A stretch of 64,000 nt of DNA, taken from contig AQSD01000003.1 of the NCBI GenBank assembly GCA_000402755.1, positions 1,263-65,262 on the forward strand, written 5' to 3'. Origin of the DNA: Fidelibacterota bacterium SCGC AAA160-B08 (GTDB taxonomy: Bacteria > Fidelibacterota > Marinisomatia > Marinisomatales > Marinisomataceae). Position 1 is the first letter of the stretch. The number at the start of each line of letters is the position of its first letter. The position numbers were made by a program, and so were the translations under genes. Shown here piece by piece: positions 28,446 to 37,570 of this stretch. Below the pieces are notes generated by a model. That model was not told the origin of the DNA, searched no databases, and was given only the letters and a program-made list of their open reading frames with translations.

Positions 28446-29353
28446 TGAATGATTGCTTTATTTTTTCAGGACAAGGTTCTCACCGTCCTGAAATGGGATT
28501 ACAACTTTATAAACACTCCATATTAGCTAAAGATAAAATTGATTTATCTAATCAAATTCTTGGATATAATATCTCTGATATCATGTTTAACAACAATGAA
28601 TCCATTCTCAGACAAACAAACCATGCCCAAGTAGCAATTTATATTTATTCCTGTATTATTTTTGATATTATAAAAAATACTGATCATACACCTGCAGTAG
28701 TTGCGGGACATAGCCTTGGTGAATTCTCTGCTTTATACGCTAATAATACCTATACATTTGAAACAGGTCTTCAAATTGTAGATGTTCGCGCAAAAGCAAT
28801 GCATAGGTGCGAAAAAAATACTGAAGGTAAGATGAGCGCTGTGATAGGAATGAGTAAAGAAAAAATTTCAGATATTTGTAAAGGTACAGATACTCAAGTA
28901 GCTAATATTAACTCGGATCAACAAATTGTTATATCAGGTTCAGCAGAATCTATTGATCTTGTAGCTGAAGAATTGAAGGCTAACGGAGCAAAACGTATTA
29001 TATCCCTTCCTGTCAGCGGTGCATTTCATTCAAAATTAATGTCTAATGCAAAACCTCAATTAAAAGAAGTCATTTCAAATGCAACATTTAATGAACCAAG
29101 TATTCCTATTGTATCAAATTATGATGCAACACTAAGATCTAATCCACATGAAATTAAAAAGGCCTTAATTGAGCAAATTGATAGTCCTGTTTTATGGCTT
29201 GATAGTGTTAAAAAATTAGGTGAAATAAATAATAACTTTATAGAGATAGGTCCTAAGAAAGTATTATCAGGAATTGTCAAAAAAATAGATGAATTGTTTC
29301 ATATTTCTAGTTTTAATAGCTATAATGATATAGAGAAATATTTACATGTTTAA
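28445..29353 (+). CDS. fabD: Malonyl-CoA:ACP transacylase
   Basis: FSGQGS, catalytic GHSLGE, VSGAFHS. Confidence 0.96.
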   Translation: MNDCFIFSGQGSHRPEMGLQLYKHSILAKDKIDLSNQILGYNISDIMFNNNESILRQTNHAQVAIYIYSCIIFDIIKNTDHTPAVVAGHSLGEFSALYANNTYTFETGLQIVDVRAKAMHRCEKNTEGKMSAVIGMSKEKISDICKGTDTQVANINSDQQIVISGSAESIDLVAEELKANGAKRIISLPVSGAFHSKLMSNAKPQLKEVISNATFNEPSIPIVSNYDATLRSNPHEIKKALIEQIDSPVLWLDSVKKLGEINNNFIEIGPKKVLSGIVKKIDELFHISSFNSYNDIEKYLHV

Positions 29354-30077
29354 TTATTCAAGTAAAACAGCACTAGTTACAGGAGCATCAAGAGGTATTG
29401 GTAAAACAATTTCTATGATGCTGGCAGCCAATGGAATAAAAGTTATTGGAGTAGCTACTTCAGAAGAATCTCTTAAATCAATACAAAATATTGATAATAT
29501 TATTCCTTTTTGTTGTGATATTTCAGATGAAAAGTCTATAGAAAAATTATATGCATTTTCAAAAGAGCATGTTGATTCGATTGATATCTTGGTAAATAAT
29601 GCCGGCATCCATATGGATAATATTTTACTGAGAATGAAGACAGAGGAATGGCATAGAGTTTTAGATGTTAATCTAAACGGACCTTTCTATTTAACGAGAA
29701 TTCTATTGAAAGATATGATTAAAAGCAAAAGTGGTAGAATTATCAATATTTCTTCTATTTCAGGTACTGATGGGAACAAAGGACAAAGCAATTATTCTGC
29801 ATCTAAAGGAGGATTATTAGCATTTACAAAATCACTTGCTAAAGAGGTAGGTCGAAGAAATATTACTGTAAATTGTATTGCTCCAGGAGTAATTGAAACA
29901 GATATGATTTCACATTTAACAGATACGATAAAAAATAATTACTTGGATAGAATTCCATTAAAAAAATTCGGAAAACCAGAAGATATTGGAAAAATGATTT
30001 TGTTTTTATCTTCCGATGAAGCCAGTTATATTACTGGACAAACATTTTATATAGATGGTGGAATATCACTAAATTAG
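29346..30077 (+). CDS. fabG: 3-oxoacyl-ACP reductase
   Basis: TGASRGIG, NNAG, NYSASK (YxxxK), fab cluster context. Confidence 0.95.
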   Translation: MFNYSSKTALVTGASRGIGKTISMMLAANGIKVIGVATSEESLKSIQNIDNIIPFCCDISDEKSIEKLYAFSKEHVDSIDILVNNAGIHMDNILLRMKTEEWHRVLDVNLNGPFYLTRILLKDMIKSKSGRIINISSISGTDGNKGQSNYSASKGGLLAFTKSLAKEVGRRNITVNCIAPGVIETDMISHLTDTIKNNYLDRIPLKKFGKPEDIGKMILFLSSDEASYITGQTFYIDGGISLN

Positions 30078-30092
30078 ATAGGAGAAAGAATT

Positions 30093-30326
30093 ATGTCATC
30101 AAGCGATAAAGTAAAAAATATTATTATAGATAAATTAGGTGTCGATGAATCAAGAGTGATTGCTGAAGCAAGTTTTCTTGATGATTTAGGCGCAGATTCA
30201 TTAGATACTGTAGAATTGATTATGGAATTTGAAGAAGAATTTGATTTAGACATTCCAGATGCAGATGCAGAAAAAATTACCACTGTTGGTGCTGCATTCG
30301 AATATGTTAACAAACACGCTAAATAA
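30093..30326 (+). CDS. acpP: Acyl carrier protein
   Basis: [12 protein letters not shown] phosphopantetheine site. Confidence 0.98.
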   Translation: MSSSDKVKNIIIDKLGVDESRVIAEASFLDDLGADSLDTVELIMEFEEEFDLDIPDADAEKITTVGAAFEYVNKHAK

Positions 30327-30328
30327 TC

Positions 30329-31549
30329 TTGTCAAATAGAGTTGTTATTACTGGAGAAGGTAGTATCTCTCCTCTGGGATTATCATCCAAAAATCTTTGG
30401 GATAATCTCATTAACGGTAAATCTGGTATCAAACTAATTGAAAATTTTGATACCGAAGAATTCAATGTTAAAATTGGTGGAGAAATCACTGATTTTGATC
30501 CTCTATCTTTTTTTGAACATAAAGAATCCAGAAAGCTTGATCGCTATACTATGTTTGCTATGATAGCTGCAGATCAAGCTATTAAAAGTTCTGGACTTGA
30601 TTCTTCAGATGTAGGTGTAATTCTAGGTACCGGTGTCGGCGGGATGAATACATTAGAAGAAGAACATACTAAGTTATTAAAAAAAGGCCAAAGAGGTGTA
30701 TCTCCTCATTTTATACCAAAAATGATTCCAAATATTGCAGGTGGTCAAATTGCTATCAAGCATGGATTTCATGGACTAAATTTTTCTCTTTCTACTGCAT
30801 GTTCTTCTGCTAGTGATGCTATAGGTATGGCTTACAGACTAATTCAATCCAATCAAATACATGCAATGGTATGTGGAGGGTCTGAAGGAGGAATAACTCC
30901 TTTAACCTTATCTGGCTTTTCAAACATGAAAGCTTTATCAAAAAATAATGGAGATCCTAAAGGTGCATCTAAGCCTTTTGACAAAAATAGAGATGGGTTT
31001 ATTATGTCTGAAGGATCAGCTATGTTAGTTTTAGAATCATTAGATAATGCACAAAAAAGAGGTGCTAATATTTTAGCAGAAATTATAGGCTATGGAATTA
31101 CAAACGATGCTTATCATATCACTCAGCCTCATAATAAAAGTACAGGTGCTACAAATGCTATTCAACTAGCATTGAAAGATGGTGGTATCAATAAAGATGA
31201 AGTAAGCTATATCAATGCACATGGGACTTCTACATATTATAATGACATGCTAGAAACTCAAGCTATCAAACAAGCGTTTGGACATACTACAAATAATCTA
31301 TTAATTAGTTCTACAAAGTCTATGACAGGCCATATGTTAGGTGCTACAGGCGCAATCGAAGCAATTACCTGTATATATGCCATGAATCATGGAATCGTTC
31401 CCCCTACTATCAATTATGAAACTCCTGATCCTGAATGTGATTTAAATTATATTCCAAATAAGAGTATTGAATCTAATCTTACTATTACAATGAGTAATTC
31501 TTTTGGATTTGGTGGACATAATTCAGTATTAGCTTTTAAAAAATTCTAA
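30329..31549 (+). CDS. fabF: 3-oxoacyl-ACP synthase II
   Basis: TACSS, INAHGTST, KSMTGHMLGA, SNSFGFGG. Confidence 0.97.
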   Translation: MSNRVVITGEGSISPLGLSSKNLWDNLINGKSGIKLIENFDTEEFNVKIGGEITDFDPLSFFEHKESRKLDRYTMFAMIAADQAIKSSGLDSSDVGVILGTGVGGMNTLEEEHTKLLKKGQRGVSPHFIPKMIPNIAGGQIAIKHGFHGLNFSLSTACSSASDAIGMAYRLIQSNQIHAMVCGGSEGGITPLTLSGFSNMKALSKNNGDPKGASKPFDKNRDGFIMSEGSAMLVLESLDNAQKRGANILAEIIGYGITNDAYHITQPHNKSTGATNAIQLALKDGGINKDEVSYINAHGTSTYYNDMLETQAIKQAFGHTTNNLLISSTKSMTGHMLGATGAIEAITCIYAMNHGIVPPTINYETPDPECDLNYIPNKSIESNLTITMSNSFGFGGHNSVLAFKKF

Positions 31550-32505
31550 GCTAATTCTTTTTTAAGCATATCAACTGACTTAATCGCAGTAATATCTACT
31601 TCATTGAAATGACCACACCAATAACTTAACCAATCGATATAGTTAATAAGGTAAAATAAACCACTTATGTCGCTCTTAAGATCTGTTGGAATTTTAATAT
31701 GATGATTATATAGAATTTTATCTTTCAATAATTTACTTGTAACATCCATACGTTTAATATTTGCAGGCCAAGTAATGTCAATCCATATCAAAGAAAATAA
31801 GTTCTTATCAATTAACTTACTCTCCCAGCCAACAATTTCATTATGATTCATATCCGGTAGTGCAACATTATAAGATAGCATCTTACCATTTTCATTAAAT
31901 TGGCATTTCAAACGATATCCAATAGAAAATAAATCTTCTTCACTGACAATAACAGGAAAAGTAGAATGAATTTTTTTAGCTAGTATATATGCTTCGCTAT
32001 CTTCTTTAGAAAAATTGTCAGAATATTCTTGAAGTAAATCAATATTTATTAATTCAACTAGCCCGTCTTCTTCAAGTAATTTTATTAATACAGTTAAAGT
32101 ATATCCTAATATTGATCTTGGCGGAAAACCTTCAGGCATAATATGATAATCATGACTATCATGCTTTAATTGTTTTAAAAGCTTACCTCCAGAAGTTATT
32201 CCAAAAATATTATTCGTAAGAGCTGATGCATGCTTATAATATGAAAGTGTTTCTTCCGTGTCTCCAGAATAAGATGACATAATTAATAGAGTATTTTCAT
32301 CGATTATAGCAGAAGGAAAATAATTTCTTTCTACAATAATCTCTAAATGAGGAAAGGTATCTTTCATTATCAATCCTGCTTGAGCAGAACCGCCCATACC
32401 TGCAATTACTATTCTATTAATCTTATCTAAGTTGATAGATAAATCTTTAGTATTATTGATTGCGTCAAATATTTGAACTGGAAAATTTTTAATTTTTTTA
32501 TACAT
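31546..32505 (-). CDS. Bifunctional phosphoglucose/phosphomannose isomerase (SIS-domain type)
   Basis: IAGMGGSA, SYSGDTEETL, ITSGGKL, NENGK, MNHNEIVGW. Confidence 0.88.
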   Translation of the reverse strand: MYKKIKNFPVQIFDAINNTKDLSINLDKINRIVIAGMGGSAQAGLIMKDTFPHLEIIVERNYFPSAIIDENTLLIMSSYSGDTEETLSYYKHASALTNNIFGITSGGKLLKQLKHDSHDYHIMPEGFPPRSILGYTLTVLIKLLEEDGLVELINIDLLQEYSDNFSKEDSEAYILAKKIHSTFPVIVSEEDLFSIGYRLKCQFNENGKMLSYNVALPDMNHNEIVGWESKLIDKNLFSLIWIDITWPANIKRMDVTSKLLKDKILYNHHIKIPTDLKSDISGLFYLINYIDWLSYWCGHFNEVDITAIKSVDMLKKELA

Positions 32506-32506
32506 A

Positions 32507-33466
32507 TTATTTCTTTCGTTTTAAGATCATATTTAACAATATTGTCATATCATTGTGAATCGTGCTAGGTAAAGATTTAATTATATTCTTACATTTATTT
32601 TCAAAATTTAATAATAATTTATCTGCCTTCTTAATTATATCTGTATCTGTATAATAATTTCTAAGTATTATTTTTTTTTCTTCCAAAGAAGCATTTTCAA
32701 TTTTTTCTTGAACATTATTCCATTCACTTTTATCTGAATCTAATGCTATACTAGATAAAATTGTCTTTTTACCTCTCTCAATATCAGAATCTGTTCCTTT
32801 GCCCATATTTTCTGAGGAAGTTGACATTTCAAGAATATCATCTTGTATTTGAAAAATAATACCAAGATTTCTTCCGAATGTTTTTAATTCAGATTTGAAT
32901 TGTATGTAATCATCACTGATTAAGGCAGGTATTTCAAAGCAAAGTTCAAATAAGGATCCTGTTTTTTTCTCACTCATTAAAATATACTCATTAACAGATG
33001 CATCTCTTGATTCGAATTCCATATCATATGCTTGACCTTCACAGATTTCTAATATTACTTCATTGTATCGTATTAAGATATCTAAAGTGTTCTTTTTTAT
33101 CTTTCCAATAAATATTGGTCCAAGCGCCCCTAAGCCATCTCCAGATAATACCGCATGTGCATTATCCCATTTTTTGTGGATAGTAGGAACGTTATGCCTT
33201 AAATCATCTCCATCCATAATATCATCATGTACTAGTGTGAAATTATGCAATAATTCTACTCCCATAGCACCATTCATGGTATCTTTTGAATCGGTATTAA
33301 ATACATCTCCTAAATACTGGACAATAAGTGGTCTTAATCTTTTACCCTCAGATTTGATAATATATTTAATAGGATCATAAAGATATGATGGACCTTCCAT
33401 TTCTTGAAGCTTATTTAACTCCTCTGAAAAGAGATCTCTATATTCTTGAATATTTTTATTGATCAC
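32507..33466 (-). CDS. Polyprenyl diphosphate synthase (short-chain FPP/GGPP type likely)
   Basis: GKRLRP, FARM DDIMD preceded by NFTLVH, KTG, SARM QIQDDILE; GTG start. Confidence 0.92.
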   Translation of the reverse strand: MINKNIQEYRDLFSEELNKLQEMEGPSYLYDPIKYIIKSEGKRLRPLIVQYLGDVFNTDSKDTMNGAMGVELLHNFTLVHDDIMDGDDLRHNVPTIHKKWDNAHAVLSGDGLGALGPIFIGKIKKNTLDILIRYNEVILEICEGQAYDMEFESRDASVNEYILMSEKKTGSLFELCFEIPALISDDYIQFKSELKTFGRNLGIIFQIQDDILEMSTSSENMGKGTDSDIERGKKTILSSIALDSDKSEWNNVQEKIENASLEEKKIILRNYYTDTDIIKKADKLLLNFENKCKNIIKSLPSTIHNDMTILLNMILKRKK

Positions 33467-34196
33467 TTAATTTTTCTAATATTTTTTGCGTGTCTTTATA
33501 GCCATCTTCAGCTGAAGGTTCTCCCGCTTGATAAACAGAACAATGAGGCGTTTCATGCATTATTTTTGCTAATGGATAATCGTTACCACCCTCCATCGTT
33601 CTATCTCCTATAAAAATATATTCTTCATCAGAATAAAATTTCTTAACCTCGCTTAAAACTTGAGATTTATTCATTCCTTTAGGTGTAATATCAATAGATA
33701 TTTGCCCGCCTATAACAGCATCAAGATTATCCCATTTAGCTATAATTTCATTGGCAATACTTGCTCTTTCTTGAGCCTTTACATCATATTCAAAATAATC
33801 TAATCTCTCATGCAAAGAACAGTCTCTTCCAATAATGCTAAAGTTTAACATTGAACCTCTGTCTTCGATATGATTTCCAGCTCTTAGTGGATATTTACTA
33901 TTTTTCATTTTTTCTTTTAAAAAAGAAATTAAATCTTCAGATGGTTTGAACTCATGATTATAGGATAATTTGCTATTTAACCATAATTGATTTCCTCCAC
34001 ATGTAAATACTCCCTCAGAAAAATCAAGGATATATTGAGGAACTTGTTCTTTAATTTTTTCTAGATCACTTCCACTTACAAGAAAAAAAGTGTTTTCTTT
34101 TATCCATTGTGAAAAAAATTCTTCAAAGCCTGGAGTCATTTCTCTTCTTGAAGGAGTAAGTGTTCCGTCCATATCAAATATGTAAATTTTTTTGAT
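33456..34196 (-). CDS. HAD-IIB phosphomannomutase, eukaryotic PMM-like
   Basis: FDMDGTLT, SGSD, IEDRGSMLNFSIIGR, IGGQISIDI, GDRT-EGGNDY match PMM-family motifs; start extended to ATC 34196 so that motif I is complete. Confidence 0.82.
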   Translation of the reverse strand: MKKIYIFDMDGTLTPSRREMTPGFEEFFSQWIKENTFFLVSGSDLEKIKEQVPQYILDFSEGVFTCGGNQLWLNSKLSYNHEFKPSEDLISFLKEKMKNSKYPLRAGNHIEDRGSMLNFSIIGRDCSLHERLDYFEYDVKAQERASIANEIIAKWDNLDAVIGGQISIDITPKGMNKSQVLSEVKKFYSDEEYIFIGDRTMEGGNDYPLAKIMHETPHCSVYQAGEPSAEDGYKDTQKILEKLSDQ

Positions 34197-34211
34197 TTTT
34201 AATCCCCTTTT

Positions 34212-35573
34212 TTAAATACTTTCAAAATATCTTTTAGCCTCTTTTTTAATATGAGGTGATAAATAAATTGCTGATATCATAGTTGGAAAAGCCATTAAAG
34301 CAAACATTGCATCTACAATATTAACGGCTAAATCTAAGGATAGCACAGAACCAAGAACAAGTGTTATAACATAGAAAATTCTATAATAAACCTTTGAACC
34401 TGTACCAAACAAATAAGATGCACACTTACATCCATAATATGAATAACCAAACATAGTTGATAAAGCAAAGGTTGCTACTGAAAAAATCAAAATAAAGTCA
34501 CCTACAACACCAAGATGATTAGCAAAAGATTTTTGCGTTAGTGTGACTCCAGAGAATTCTCCTGTCATCCAATCTCCCGATAATAAGATAACAATTCCTG
34601 TAATGGTACATACGATAAGTGTATCAATCACTGGACCAATCATTGCTACAAGACCCGATCTAATTGGTTCATTATTTTTAGAGGCTCCAATAGCCATCAC
34701 TTCAGTACCCATTCCAGCTTCATTTGAAAATGCAGCTCTTCTAAATCCTTGGCTAATAACAACAGCTGTTCCTACAAATCCTCCGGCAACTGAACTCCCA
34801 TTGAAAGCACTAGTAAAAATTAAATTAAAAATTGATGGTACTAATGCAATATTTGAGAATACTATAAACAGTCCAGCAGACAGATAGATAAGTACCATAA
34901 TTGGGACAACCTTAGAAGCGACATCCGCAATACGTTGTAACCCTCCAAAAATAACTACTGATACTATTAAGGCAATTACAATTCCTATGGTTAAATCTAA
35001 TGGAATTGCTGTGGCAATATTTGGATTAGCTTTAATTAGCTGATCTGATAATATTTGAGTTAATTGATTTACTTGCAGTAAAGATAGACAACCAACAAGC
35101 CCAGCAATACTAAACCAATATGATAAAAATTTAAATTTTTTACCCATCCCTTGCTCAATGACATACATAGGTCCCCCCTGCAATTCATTATCAGAATCAT
35201 ATCCTCTAAACATAATACCAAGAGAGCATGTAAAAAACTTAGTCGCCATACCTACTATAGCACTAACCCACATCCAAAATAATGCTCCAGGTCCTCCTAA
35301 GGATATAGCAACTGCTACACCAGCAATATTACCTATTCCTACCGTACTTGATAGAGCTGTAGATAGTGCCTGGAAGTGTGAAATTTGACCCTCATCATCT
35401 GGGTCATCGTATTTACCTAAAAGGATATCAAAGGCATGCTTAAAGTATCTAAATGGAGTTAGCCGTGAATAGATTAGAAAAAATATACCTCCACCAATTA
35501 CTAAATTGGCTACCCCAAAGTTCCCCCAAAGGAAATTTGATAAATTTGCAAAAAAATTATTAATTAAATCCAT
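34212..35573 (-). CDS. Alanine/glycine:cation symporter (AGCS family)
   Basis: ISHFQAL, GIGNIAGVA, GGPGALFWMW, GGPMY, FSNEAGMG. Confidence 0.94.
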   Translation of the reverse strand: MDLINNFFANLSNFLWGNFGVANLVIGGGIFFLIYSRLTPFRYFKHAFDILLGKYDDPDDEGQISHFQALSTALSSTVGIGNIAGVAVAISLGGPGALFWMWVSAIVGMATKFFTCSLGIMFRGYDSDNELQGGPMYVIEQGMGKKFKFLSYWFSIAGLVGCLSLLQVNQLTQILSDQLIKANPNIATAIPLDLTIGIVIALIVSVVIFGGLQRIADVASKVVPIMVLIYLSAGLFIVFSNIALVPSIFNLIFTSAFNGSSVAGGFVGTAVVISQGFRRAAFSNEAGMGTEVMAIGASKNNEPIRSGLVAMIGPVIDTLIVCTITGIVILLSGDWMTGEFSGVTLTQKSFANHLGVVGDFILIFSVATFALSTMFGYSYYGCKCASYLFGTGSKVYYRIFYVITLVLGSVLSLDLAVNIVDAMFALMAFPTMISAIYLSPHIKKEAKRYFESI

Positions 35574-35595
35574 GATTAAGTAAGTTAACAATATA

Positions 35596-36690
35596 ATGAA
35601 AAAAATTGACTATTATATTCTTAGAGAATTTTCGATCACATTTTTATTTGTATCTCTATTCTTTACGCTAATATCACTCATTGTTGATATTTTTGAAAAC
35701 TTAAATAAGTTTATCGACAACGATGTGACTAACGCTATTTTGATTGAATACTATATCGCCGCTATCCCTTCTATGATTAGCGTTACTATCCCTGTCACAT
35801 GTCTAGTAGCATCTGTATTTACTTATGGTATGATGGTACAAAAAAAAGAATGGTTAGTATTTAAGTCGTCTGGATTAAGTCTCTATCGATTATCAATGCC
35901 TGTACTAGTTTTAGGATTACTACTAAGTATTGGATCTTTTTTCTTTGACAATACTGTTGTTATAAAGAATAATAAGGTACAAAATGAATTAAAGAAAAAT
36001 TATTTACAAAAAAATAAGAGTGCTCGTAAAGATAAATCGGTATTTGAAAATATATATTTTCAAAAGAATCAAAGTGAGCTCATTGCAATCGATAAATATA
36101 ATAGTATGAATCAGGTCATAGTAAACTTAAATCTTATTGAGCTCAATGATGGAAAGATGAGAAAAAGAATTGATGCAAAGAAAGGTGTTTGGAATGGAGA
36201 AGAATCAAAATGGGAATTAAGAAATTTTTCTATTAGAGAATTTGATAATACTGGATATGAAACTATCCTCGCAAGATCCAATGAAGATTCTTTATTGAGT
36301 TTAAATTTTTCTCCTGAAGATATCACGCAAACAAGTGGGTCATCAGAAGAGCGATCTTATAATGAGCTTAAGAGTCAAATTGTAACATTAAGAAGTAATG
36401 GTGTAAATACATTAAAATGGGAAGTTGATTTACATTATAAGCTTGCATACTCATTTATTAGCCTTATTGTAATCTTTTGTGGTATACCTTTATCCGTATT
36501 TAGATCTAATACAACATTAGCATTTGGTGGTGGACTAAGCTTAGCGACAATATTTGCTTATGTAATTATTTTAAAATTTGGCCAATCTCTTGGTTATGCT
36601 GGAGTACTTTCACCGTTTTTAGGTGCATGGTTATCGAATATAATCTTTGTAAGTATTGGGCTATACTTAATGATTAATGCAAGAAAATAG
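35596..36690 (+). CDS. lptG: LPS export ABC transporter permease LptF/LptG family
   Basis: 3+3 TM layout with a periplasmic beta-jellyroll; EWLVFKSSGLSLYRL, LAYSF, AWLSNIIF. Confidence 0.85.
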   Translation: MKKIDYYILREFSITFLFVSLFFTLISLIVDIFENLNKFIDNDVTNAILIEYYIAAIPSMISVTIPVTCLVASVFTYGMMVQKKEWLVFKSSGLSLYRLSMPVLVLGLLLSIGSFFFDNTVVIKNNKVQNELKKNYLQKNKSARKDKSVFENIYFQKNQSELIAIDKYNSMNQVIVNLNLIELNDGKMRKRIDAKKGVWNGEESKWELRNFSIREFDNTGYETILARSNEDSLLSLNFSPEDITQTSGSSEERSYNELKSQIVTLRSNGVNTLKWEVDLHYKLAYSFISLIVIFCGIPLSVFRSNTTLAFGGGLSLATIFAYVIILKFGQSLGYAGVLSPFLGAWLSNIIFVSIGLYLMINARK

Positions 36691-36694
36691 GTTG

Positions 36695-37570
36695 ATGAAC
36701 AAATTAAACAATCCTTACGCTACAGCACTTGATGGATTAATATTAAACGATCCTGTATCTGCTTTTTTTGATTTCTGTCGTGAGCGAGAAAAAATTCGGT
36801 TAGCAAGAGAGAGAGGTGATCCATTTCCATGGACAAATGATCCTATTTTTCAACAAGCTCGCTTCTTAAATGTCTTTCGAGAAGATGATCGTGGCAGCAA
36901 AGCCATTCTATCTTTTGCTAAAGACTTAGAAAAAGATTTACCTATGTTAATTCATGCTTTATTTTTTGCTCGCTGGTGTAACAAGCAAGAAACTTTAGAT
37001 GAACTGTCTTCAGATATATTACTACAACCAGAAAAATTGCTTAAAAAACTAAAATCCTTCGATCCTTGGTGCAACCTTCCTGCCTATCCTGTTGAGCCGA
37101 TATATTGGCAAGGAACACAGCATTCACGATTAAATGCAGCCACAACATTATTTGGAAATATTAAAGAATCACTAACTAAAATTATTATAGAAGCTCAAGG
37201 AGATGTAATTAAGGCTACCAATGCAATCAATGTTCATTTCAAAATGCAAAATGACTTTCCTATTTTTATGGCTGTTATTGATTTGGCTTGGTTTAGACCA
37301 GATATTATCTATCCAACAAGCCATGTTCCAACAGGTATTGGCGCAGTTACCTATCTAGACCGATTGCAAAAATATCTTGGATTAAAAAATCATCAAGCAA
37401 CATGCGAAAAAATGATTGCATTGCAAAAAGAATACTGGCCAGATGCCAAACGATCATTTCAGCCTATTGATATTGAATATCTATCCTGCGAATGCAGAAA
37501 ATATTATAGTTATGTTAATGGAACAAAATTATTTGAAGGAAAAAATGTCTTTCAACCCATTAACTTGTGA
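36695..37570 (+). CDS. Putative DNA base-hypermodification protein: 5-hmdU DNA kinase helical-domain-like (former aGPT-Pplase1)
   Basis: FFDFCREREKIR, PWTNDPIFQQARFLNVFREDDRGS, GIGA, DIEYLSCECRKY resemble the family as I recall it; no P-loop present; not HMM-verified. Confidence 0.65.
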   Translation: MNKLNNPYATALDGLILNDPVSAFFDFCREREKIRLARERGDPFPWTNDPIFQQARFLNVFREDDRGSKAILSFAKDLEKDLPMLIHALFFARWCNKQETLDELSSDILLQPEKLLKKLKSFDPWCNLPAYPVEPIYWQGTQHSRLNAATTLFGNIKESLTKIIIEAQGDVIKATNAINVHFKMQNDFPIFMAVIDLAWFRPDIIYPTSHVPTGIGAVTYLDRLQKYLGLKNHQATCEKMIALQKEYWPDAKRSFQPIDIEYLSCECRKYYSYVNGTKLFEGKNVFQPINL

